A stretch of 64,000 nucleotides of DNA, taken from the NCBI GenBank assembly GCA_038153405.1, contig JAYOYH010000016.1:25537-89536 (forward strand). Direction: 5' to 3'. This DNA comes from Gemmatimonadota bacterium. Its GTDB lineage: Bacteria; Latescibacterota; UBA2968; UBA8231. The notes beneath the pieces were generated by a model. It was not told the DNA's origin. It saw nothing but the letters and a program-made list of their open reading frames with translations, and did not search any database. Of the stretch, positions 30,893-38,578 are shown piece after piece (position 1 is the stretch's first letter; each line of letters opens with the position of its first letter). The translations under genes were made by a program, and so were the position numbers.

Positions 30893-31597
30893 ATGGACGC
30901 CAAGAATCGCAAGTCGAGCATCGGGGAGTACATTTCTTCTATCCTCGTTGCCGTGGGCTTGGCATTGCTCATTCGCACCGGGGTAGTGCAGGCCTTCTAC
31001 ATTCCCTCTGGCTCTATGGAAGACACGCTGCTGGTCGGGGATTATCTACTTGCCAATAAATTTGTCTACGGTGCGCCTTTCGACGTACCGGCGACCAATA
31101 TAACGCTGTTCCGCCTGCCGGCTCTGCGCGATCCACAGCCCGGCGATATCGTCATTTTTCGCTCGCCGGTCGATCCCGACCGCGACCTCATCAAGCGCTG
31201 CGTCGCCGTGGGTGGGCAGACGGTCGAAATCGTCAATAAAACGCTCTATGTCGACGGCCAGCCCTTGGCCGATCCATCGCTGGCCAAATACACCGACCGC
31301 GCAGTCTATCCCGCTGCTTTCAATCCGCGCGACAACTTCGGTCCCTTCGCCGTTCCCGAGGGGCACTTCTTCATGATGGGGGACAATCGCGACAACAGCG
31401 CCGATAGCCGCTACTGGCGTTCCGTGCCCAAGGATTTGATTAAGGGCAAGGCGATGAGTATATACTGGTCGTGGGCACCCGATACGGGAGGGCCCTACTA
31501 TAGTGGTCCCGCATCGCTGCCCAGAGTGTTGGGCAGCTGGATTGGGCGCCTGCCAAGCCGCGTTCGCTACGAGCGCTTGGGCGACGTCATTCGCTAG
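30893..31597 (+). CDS. lepB: signal peptidase I
   Basis: IPSGSMEDTL (catalytic Ser), IKR (Lys), GDNRDNSADSR; AAGGAG RBS. Confidence 0.96.
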   Translation: MDAKNRKSSIGEYISSILVAVGLALLIRTGVVQAFYIPSGSMEDTLLVGDYLLANKFVYGAPFDVPATNITLFRLPALRDPQPGDIVIFRSPVDPDRDLIKRCVAVGGQTVEIVNKTLYVDGQPLADPSLAKYTDRAVYPAAFNPRDNFGPFAVPEGHFFMMGDNRDNSADSRYWRSVPKDLIKGKAMSIYWSWAPDTGGPYYSGPASLPRVLGSWIGRLPSRVRYERLGDVIR

Positions 31598-31607
31598 GAC
31601 GGAGAGC

Positions 31608-33320
31608 ATGAATAGGCGAAATAACAGAGACCGAGACGACGACGACTACGACGAGCGCGATGTCGGTCAGAGGGACGATGGCGACGAGCCGCTGCGCTTG
31701 GTAGACCAGCTATTGACGATGGCTGCCGACCGCGATCCGGCGCGCCCACTGCTCTACCAGCTGCGGCGCCAGCTGATGGAGCGCGAGATTTCCTTTCAGG
31801 AGGCGCGGCGCTCCTTGGTCGAGATGGAAGCCGCCCTAGAGAAAGTCACGGCGCCGGCCAACCGAATTGGCATTTTTCTCAATTCGCCGAAAGAGGGTAT
31901 CGCCAACGTATTTGTCAGTGGTTCCGAGTACTACGCCAATATCGACCCGCGCGTCGACGCGGCGCGCCTGCGCGCTGGCTGCCGAGTGCTGATCAACGAA
32001 GCCTATGCCGTGGTGGGCGATTTGGGCTACAGCCCCAGCGGGCCGGTTGCCAAAATAGGCGACGTGCTCGAAGGAGGGCGGCTGCGCCTGTCGCAGGCGC
32101 ACGGAACCCAGGAGGTCGTGCTAGAGCGCGGCGCCGAACTGCTGGACATCGAACTCAAGGTGGGCGATGAGGTGCGCGTCGATCCGGCTTTTAAAATGGC
32201 CTTGGAGCGGCTGCAGTCGGCCGAGAGCAAGGAATACTTTATCGAGGACGTGCCGCCGACGCCTTGGGAGAGCATCGGCGGGCAGGAGGAGGCTATCCAG
32301 GCCATCCGCGATACCATCGAACTGCCGGCTCTGCACCCCGAGCTCTTCGAGCGCTTTCAGTACAGCACGCCGAAGGGATTTTTGCTCTACGGTCCGCCTG
32401 GATGCGGCAAGACGCTGATCGGCAAAGCTACGGCCTACAACCTCGTTGAGCACATGCGTCGCGAAGAAGGCTTAGAGCTAAAAGAGTACTTCATGCACAT
32501 CAAGGGCCCCGAGATTCTCAATATGTGGCTCGGCGAGACCGAACGCATGGTGCGCGAAGTATTTGCCCAAGCGCGGCAGAAGCGCAAGGAAGGCTATCTA
32601 CCCTTCGTCTTTATCGACGAGGCGGAATCCATTCTGGGCACGCGGCGCTCGATGCGCTCGCACAATATTTCCAACACCGTAGTGCCGATGTTTTGCACCG
32701 AAATGGACGGCATCGAGTCACTGCACGATGTAGTCATTGTTTTGGCTTCCAATCGCCACGACCTGATCGATCCGGCTATTTTGCGCCCCGGTCGCATCGA
32801 TCGCAAAATAAAGGTCAACCGCCCCAACTACGAAGCGGCTAGGGCCATCTTCTCAATTTATTTGACGCCTTCCCTGCCGATTGATGCTGCAGAAATAGCC
32901 GAACACGGCGGCCAAGAAGCCGCGCGCGAGGCACTCGTTCAGCAGGGCGTTGACGAACTCTTTGCGCGCAGCGAAGAGACGCGCTTTCTCGAAGTGTCGC
33001 TGCGCTCTGGGCGTCAGGAAGTGCTCTACCGCGGCGACCTTTCCAGCGGTGCGATCATCGCATCCGTGGTGCAGCGCGCCAAGGAGTTGGCCATTAAGCG
33101 CGCCATTGCACAGCAGGAGGCCGGCGCGGGCGTGCGCGCGCAAGACCTGCGCGACGCGGTGCGCCACGAGTATCGAGAGAACGAGGTGTTTCCGCCGTCC
33201 GACAGCGTCGAAGACTGGCTCAAGCTGCTGGACTACGAGCCGGAAAACGTGGTCAAGGTGACGCCGGTGCGTCCGCAGATGGAAAAGGTGCAGGAGATGC
33301 GCGCCGGCAAGGTGATCTAG
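31608..33320 (+). CDS. arc: proteasome-associated AAA+ ATPase (ARC/Mpa-like)
   Basis: N-terminal coiled coil; GFLLYGPPGCGKTLIGKA, IKGPEILN.W.GETER, FIDE, SNR.DLIDPAILRPGRIDRKI, SGAII..V.RAK..AIKR; operon context. Confidence 0.93.
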   Translation: MNRRNNRDRDDDDYDERDVGQRDDGDEPLRLVDQLLTMAADRDPARPLLYQLRRQLMEREISFQEARRSLVEMEAALEKVTAPANRIGIFLNSPKEGIANVFVSGSEYYANIDPRVDAARLRAGCRVLINEAYAVVGDLGYSPSGPVAKIGDVLEGGRLRLSQAHGTQEVVLERGAELLDIELKVGDEVRVDPAFKMALERLQSAESKEYFIEDVPPTPWESIGGQEEAIQAIRDTIELPALHPELFERFQYSTPKGFLLYGPPGCGKTLIGKATAYNLVEHMRREEGLELKEYFMHIKGPEILNMWLGETERMVREVFAQARQKRKEGYLPFVFIDEAESILGTRRSMRSHNISNTVVPMFCTEMDGIESLHDVVIVLASNRHDLIDPAILRPGRIDRKIKVNRPNYEAARAIFSIYLTPSLPIDAAEIAEHGGQEAAREALVQQGVDELFARSEETRFLEVSLRSGRQEVLYRGDLSSGAIIASVVQRAKELAIKRAIAQQEAGAGVRAQDLRDAVRHEYRENEVFPPSDSVEDWLKLLDYEPENVVKVTPVRPQMEKVQEMRAGKVI

Positions 33321-33323
33321 CGC

Positions 33324-34877
33324 ATGTTGCGACTGTGTGGGTTGGAAACGGAGTACGGAATCCAAGTCGACGACGTCGATCACATGGATGTAGTCGTCGA
33401 GTCGATGGAGTTGATCCGCTGCTACCTGCACGACGATTTCGTCGCACGCTGGAACTACGGGCTGGAGAATCCCCGCCGCGATATGCGCGGTTTCGAGGTC
33501 GACGAGCTGCGCAACGACAAGGACGAGATGGAGCACCTGCAGCAGGATCGCGCGCGCAAGATTCCCCTCAAAGATCTCAAGAGCGACCTGTTGATCCACA
33601 ACGGCGCTCGTCTCTACAACGACCACACCCATCCCGAATTTTCTACGCCCGAGTGCTACGACCTGTTTGGCTTGGTCGCCTTTGATCGCGCTGGCGAGCG
33701 CATTGTGCTGCAGTGTGCCCAGCAGCGCACGGCCACGCGCGGCGGCGGCGTGGTGCGCCTCTACAAGAACAACACGGACTTCGACGGCCATAGCTACGGC
33801 ACGCACGAGAACTTCCTCATTCGCCGCGATGTTCCTTTCGACAGGGTTATCGCCGGACTGCTGCCCTTTATTGCGACTCGCCAGATCTACGCCGGTGCCG
33901 GGAAGGTCGGCGTCGAGGAAGATACGCGCGCCGACAGCGGCATATACCAGCTGGCGCAGCGCTCCGACTTCTTCGAGGTAATTACCAGCGTAGACACCAT
34001 GCAGCGCCGGCCGCTAGTCAACAGCCGCGACGAGCCGCACGCCGACCCGGCGCACTGGCGCCGTCTGCACATGATCGTCGGCGACGCCAATATGTCCGAG
34101 TGGGCAACGGCGCTCAAAGTCGGCGCGTTGGGACTGGTGTTGGACCTCGTGGAAATGGATGCGGTGCCGGTGTGCGAGCTGGCCGATCCGGTGGGTGCGC
34201 TGAAGAGCGTTTCGCGCGACCAGACGCATCAGTGGCCCGTTGAATTAGCGGGCGGTGGGCACACGTCGGCGCTCGATATTCAGGCGACCTATTGGGATGC
34301 GGCGCGCGAGCGGCTGCAGGGCCGCGACGACGAGACGGACTGGGTGCTGGGCGAGTGGCAGCGGGCTATCGAGGCGCTCGGCCGCGATCCGGGTGAACTG
34401 CAGGGGCTGTGTGATTGGGTGACTAAGAAGTGGCTGCTGGACGCGTTCGCCGAATCGGAGGGGTTGGACTGGAGCCGACCCGACGACCGCGCTTGGTTAC
34501 AAAGTCAGGATCTGGAGTACCACAACGTCGACCCGGCCGAGGGGCTCTACCTGATGCTGGAGGAGAGCGGACAGGTTTCGCAGTTGCTTAGCGACGAAGA
34601 GGTGCGCCGTGCGATGGTGGTGCCGCCAGCGGATACGCGCGCCTATTTTCGCGGCGTGGCGCTGGAGAAATTCTCCGCGCAGGTGCGTTCGCTCAACTGG
34701 GACAGCATCGAATTTGAGACTGCTGGCAAGGCGTACATCGTCGATTTAAAAGGGTGTGTCGATGCGGCGTCGGCCGCATATTTTAACGCAGCGCTCGACG
34801 GAGCGCACAGCGTTGAAGAGCTGGTGGAAAAACTGGCGGCCTGGCAGCCTCAGGACGCGTCGAAAGGAGAAGCGTGA
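33324..34877 (+). CDS. dop: Dop-like deamidase/de-conjugase (PafA2 family)
   Basis: GLETEYGI, NGARLYNDHTHPEFSTPEC, YKNNTD..G.SYGTHENF, QRSDFFE, RDEPHAD...RRLH.IVGDAN, DLEYH. Confidence 0.9.
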   Translation: MLRLCGLETEYGIQVDDVDHMDVVVESMELIRCYLHDDFVARWNYGLENPRRDMRGFEVDELRNDKDEMEHLQQDRARKIPLKDLKSDLLIHNGARLYNDHTHPEFSTPECYDLFGLVAFDRAGERIVLQCAQQRTATRGGGVVRLYKNNTDFDGHSYGTHENFLIRRDVPFDRVIAGLLPFIATRQIYAGAGKVGVEEDTRADSGIYQLAQRSDFFEVITSVDTMQRRPLVNSRDEPHADPAHWRRLHMIVGDANMSEWATALKVGALGLVLDLVEMDAVPVCELADPVGALKSVSRDQTHQWPVELAGGGHTSALDIQATYWDAARERLQGRDDETDWVLGEWQRAIEALGRDPGELQGLCDWVTKKWLLDAFAESEGLDWSRPDDRAWLQSQDLEYHNVDPAEGLYLMLEESGQVSQLLSDEEVRRAMVVPPADTRAYFRGVALEKFSAQVRSLNWDSIEFETAGKAYIVDLKGCVDAASAAYFNAALDGAHSVEELVEKLAAWQPQDASKGEA

Positions 34878-35068
34878 TGAATGCTTTTGAACTGCGCGAT
34901 CGCATACCGCGTCCCGTTAAGCCGATGGACGACGGCGGAGGTGAAGGAGACGATGGACCGCGCCGCCCAAAAGTTGAAAAGCCGGGCGGGGGCGACGATA
35001 TACTCAAGCGCATGAAGCGTGTCGATCCCAACCAAGCGCGGCGCTATCGCCAGCGCACGGGTGAGTAG
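34877..35068 (+). CDS. ubact: prokaryotic ubiquitin-like protein UBact (Pup analogue)
   Basis: 63 aa; disordered Gly/Asp/Pro N-half, then LKRMKRVDPNQARRYRQRTGE; between dop and prcB; AAGGAG RBS; in-frame GTG at 34874 is an alternative start. Confidence 0.92.
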   Translation: MNAFELRDRIPRPVKPMDDGGGEGDDGPRRPKVEKPGGGDDILKRMKRVDPNQARRYRQRTGE

Positions 35069-35076
35069 GCGCATCG

Positions 35077-35844
35077 ATGGAGAGCTGTGACTTTCTCGAT
35101 CTACTGCGCGAAGGAGGGCACCTGCCCGAGGTTGCCTCTGTCGCGCAGGGCGACCGGCCTTTCGAAAGCACGGAAGGAACGACCATTCTCGCCGTGCGCT
35201 ACCGCGATGGCGTGCTGGTGGCGGGCGACCGGCGGGCGACTATGGGCAACTTGGTCGTCTACGATCGCGCCGACAAGGTGCTGAGCATTGACGACGATTC
35301 GGTGATGGCCATTTCCGGTTCGCCGGCCATTGCCTACGAAATCGCGCGCATGCTGGAGATGTCCGTGCAGTACTACAGGCGCAGTCAACTGCAAAAGCTC
35401 AGCCTTGACGGCAAGCTGCGCACGCTCTCGCGGCTGCTGCGCCAGAACTTGCCGATGGCCATGCAGGGCGTCGGCGCCGTAATCCCGATCTATGCCGCCT
35501 TCGATCCGCGCGATGCTACGGGTAAAATCTTCTTCTACGACCTGCTCGGCGCGACGTTCGAGAGCGTCGATTTTTGCACCACCGGATCCGGTTCGCACAT
35601 TATTCGCGGTGCGCTCTACTACCTCAATCGCTGGGGCGATACGCCGCTGGCCGAAATGGATGAGGGCGCCGCGCTGGAGTTGATCGTGAAAATGTTGGAG
35701 ACCGCGGCCGAATACGATACGGCTACCGGTGGCTACCGCCCTAGTGCGCGCATTTACCCAACGGTGATGCGAGTTAGTGCCGACGGCATTCACTGTGTGG
35801 AAGAAGGCGAATTGGAAGCGATCTTCCAGGGATGGACGGCTTAG
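35077..35844 (+). CDS. prcB: 20S proteasome beta subunit
   Basis: propeptide then EG|TTILA (Thr nucleophile), AGDRRAT.G, DKV, TGSGS, D.ATGG. Confidence 0.93.
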   Translation: MESCDFLDLLREGGHLPEVASVAQGDRPFESTEGTTILAVRYRDGVLVAGDRRATMGNLVVYDRADKVLSIDDDSVMAISGSPAIAYEIARMLEMSVQYYRRSQLQKLSLDGKLRTLSRLLRQNLPMAMQGVGAVIPIYAAFDPRDATGKIFFYDLLGATFESVDFCTTGSGSHIIRGALYYLNRWGDTPLAEMDEGAALELIVKMLETAAEYDTATGGYRPSARIYPTVMRVSADGIHCVEEGELEAIFQGWTA

Positions 35845-36606
35845 ATGTTAGAGGAACCTTATCGCTGGGTCGAGGCCATGCGCAACCGCCGCGAATACCT
35901 CGAAGACCAACTGCGCGGTGCCTCGCCCGTAGTGGCTACGCGCTATCAGCGCGGCGTGCTCCTACTGACGACGACGCCGGGTCCGCGCAAGGTCTTTGAG
36001 GTATACAACGAAATCGCCTTTGCTGCCATCGGCCATCCCGCCGATATCGAGAAGCTGCGCAAGGCGGTTATCGATATTGCGCACTTGGAGGGCTTCAATC
36101 TTTCGGCAAACGATGTCAACTTGCAGCGCTTGGTGAGCTTTGGCATCGGCCCGCTGGTCAAGGGAGCCTTTGACGAAATTTTCCGCTCGCCCTTTCTGGC
36201 GCGCGTGCTGTTGGCCGAGTTGGACCCACCCAGCGACGACGATATGTTTTACACCATCGACGCCGATGGAACGTTTGTGCGCGCTGGTCAGGTGGCCGCC
36301 GTCGGCAGCGAGGAGAGCGTGGAAGCCATTGTCGGGGCACTGAGTGCGCATCCGCCTGAAGCGACCTTGGATGTCGCCATAGAAGCAGCGCTCAAGGCTT
36401 GGGGGCGAGGGCGCATGGCGATAGACCGCGAAGAGGGAGAAGGTCTGCCCACCGACGAAGCGGTCGATGCCTTCCTGCGCGACGCACTGGTCGGCCTCAA
36501 AGTCGAAGCGGGCGTGCTCGATCGCAGTGCGTCGACCAAGTCAAAATTTCGCCTGTTAGGCGACGACGACCTAAGAGCCGTGCTGAGCGAATATCGCGGG
36601 GCGTGA
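35845..36606 (+). CDS. prcA: 20S proteasome alpha subunit
   Basis: PY..V.AMR.R.EY, RKVFEVY..IAFAAIG..AD.E.LR, EAGVLDR...KFR; follows prcB directly. Confidence 0.88.
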   Translation: MLEEPYRWVEAMRNRREYLEDQLRGASPVVATRYQRGVLLLTTTPGPRKVFEVYNEIAFAAIGHPADIEKLRKAVIDIAHLEGFNLSANDVNLQRLVSFGIGPLVKGAFDEIFRSPFLARVLLAELDPPSDDDMFYTIDADGTFVRAGQVAAVGSEESVEAIVGALSAHPPEATLDVAIEAALKAWGRGRMAIDREEGEGLPTDEAVDAFLRDALVGLKVEAGVLDRSASTKSKFRLLGDDDLRAVLSEYRGA

Positions 36607-36608
36607 CC

Positions 36609-38030
36609 ATGAGGGATCGCATCTTTGGGCTCGAGACGGAGTACGGCTGTTTGCCGCCGGACACCGATCCCTTTCTGAGCCCGGAATACATTTCGGTCAA
36701 GACCAAAGACTGTTTGTTTTTTCGCGAGGGATTGGGCTTGGTCGACATGCACTACCGCGGGCGCGACGAACCGCCGGGCAATGGCGGCTTTCTCTTTAAC
36801 GGCGGTAGACTCTACATCGATATGGGGCACGTCGAATACGCCACGCCCGAATGTTCGGGCCTCTTTGACCTGGTGGCTGCCGATCGCGCCGGCGAGATTA
36901 TGGTTCAGCGCGCGCTCGACCATCTAGACAGCAGCGGCCGCGCCTCTTTTATAAAGAACAACATAGATCACTATACGGGGGCGACCTTCGGCTGCCACGA
37001 GAATTACCTCGTGCGCCGCGAAGTGCCCTTCTCGCAGGTGCTGCTGCCGGCCATGTTGCCGTTCTTTGTCACGCGGCAGATCTTTGCCGGCGCCGGTCGC
37101 GTCGGCTGCCACACCGACATCTTTGAGTCGGGCGTCGAGCCGGACCAGAGTGTCACCTACCAGATTTCGCAGCGCGCCGACCATATCGTTACGGAAATTT
37201 ACCAGTGGATACAGTTTAGTCGGGCCATTATCAACACGCGAGACGAGCCGCTGGCCGATTGGGGACAATTTCGCCGTTTGCACCTGCTCGTTGGCGATTC
37301 GAATATGTCGGAATACGCTACGGCGCTCAAGGTGGGTAGCACGGGGCTGGTGTTACAGCTCCTCGAAGAGCACATCGTGCCGGAAATGGGTTTGCTCAAC
37401 GCGGTGGACGCCATTCGCGATATTTCGCGCGATGTCAGCTGCACGTGGGAAATTCAGCTAGAAGACGGTCGCTATACGACGGCCATTGACGTGCAGCGCT
37501 ACTACATGGATATGGCGGAGCGCTACCTGCGCGGGCGCGATGAAGAGACCGACTGGGTGTTGGACGAGTGGCGCTTTGTGCTAGACGGACTGCTGCACGA
37601 TCCGGGGGCACTGGTTGATCGCGTCGATTGGATCGCCAAAAAGTCGCTCTTGGAACAGTTTATGGAAGCCGAGGGAATCGACTGGCACGATCCGTGGTTG
37701 CAAAGCTTGGATTTGGAGTACCATAATTTGAATCCCAGCAAGGGATTATATTTTGATCTACTCCGGCGTGGCCGCATGAAGCGCGTAGTCGATGAGGAGC
37801 GCGTAAACAATGCCATCGCCAACCCGCCGGCTGACACGCGTGCGTGGGCGCGCTCGCAGGTCATGCGCGCGCTGACCGAAATGAAAGCGCGCTACGTAAT
37901 CGACTGGGATTCGATTTACGTCGAAGACGATAGATATCTCAACATAGACGATCCCTTTTGCCTGTATGAATCGGATGCGGAGGAGTTCATCGCCGAACTC
38001 GGCGCGGAGGGCGATGCCGAAGAAGAGTGA
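36609..38030 (+). CDS. pafA: Pup/UBact-protein ligase (PafA family)
   Basis: RIFGLETEYG, FL.NGGRLYID.GH.EYATPEC, GCHENYLV, SQRADHI, INTRDEP, RRLHLLVGDSNMSE, LDLEYH. Confidence 0.92.
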   Translation: MRDRIFGLETEYGCLPPDTDPFLSPEYISVKTKDCLFFREGLGLVDMHYRGRDEPPGNGGFLFNGGRLYIDMGHVEYATPECSGLFDLVAADRAGEIMVQRALDHLDSSGRASFIKNNIDHYTGATFGCHENYLVRREVPFSQVLLPAMLPFFVTRQIFAGAGRVGCHTDIFESGVEPDQSVTYQISQRADHIVTEIYQWIQFSRAIINTRDEPLADWGQFRRLHLLVGDSNMSEYATALKVGSTGLVLQLLEEHIVPEMGLLNAVDAIRDISRDVSCTWEIQLEDGRYTTAIDVQRYYMDMAERYLRGRDEETDWVLDEWRFVLDGLLHDPGALVDRVDWIAKKSLLEQFMEAEGIDWHDPWLQSLDLEYHNLNPSKGLYFDLLRRGRMKRVVDEERVNNAIANPPADTRAWARSQVMRALTEMKARYVIDWDSIYVEDDRYLNIDDPFCLYESDAEEFIAELGAEGDAEEE

Positions 38031-38039
38031 AAAGTAGCA

Positions 38040-38069
38040 TTGTGTAGATTATTTGTTATATTTTATAGT
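38040..38069 (+). promoter_or_regulatory. candidate sigma70-type promoter for the orphan ORF at 38107
   Basis: TTGTGT-N18-TATAGT in an AT-rich island; AAGGAG RBS downstream. Confidence 0.5.
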
Positions 38070-38106
38070 ACTTGAGTACTCATTCCTGCCCCAAGGAGAG
38101 TAGTTC

Positions 38107-38562
38107 ATGTTCGCTTCAGCTAACGCTGCGGTTGGCGGTGTATTCACGGTCCCGCTCAAGGCGCGCAATCAGATGCGCATGCCAACGCTTGGCGCGCGCG
38201 TAAAAGATGGGTTGGGCATCGCCCCCCTGCGCGCTACAGGTGGATCGCCCGGACCGCTGCAAATGTCCGGAGCCGCGCGCAGTAGCCTAGTGGCGCCGCC
38301 CGCTTCCGGCGGGGGTATCCTTTCGCAGTTGCAGGGCCAAGTGCGCAGCGCGAGTCCGCTCACCGCGGGTGTCCGCAGTGCGCATCGCGCCAAGCCCGGC
38401 CTGTCGTCTGGCCTGCTGCAGGCGCGGCAAACCGGTTTGTTGGATCGCATGCGCCGCTCCGATAGCAACAGCCGCCTGCTGCAGGCCAACTCCAATCCGC
38501 TGCGCACCGGAGGCGGCTTTGGCTTTAAGTCCGCTATTAGCAGTATCAATCTGCTCGGATAA
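38107..38562 (+). CDS. hypothetical basic, low-complexity protein
   Basis: strong AAGGAG RBS and an upstream candidate promoter; G/S/A/L/R-rich; no E, W, Y or C. Confidence 0.65.
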   Translation: MFASANAAVGGVFTVPLKARNQMRMPTLGARVKDGLGIAPLRATGGSPGPLQMSGAARSSLVAPPASGGGILSQLQGQVRSASPLTAGVRSAHRAKPGLSSGLLQARQTGLLDRMRRSDSNSRLLQANSNPLRTGGGFGFKSAISSINLLG

Positions 38563-38578
38563 ATCACTGCATTTCACG

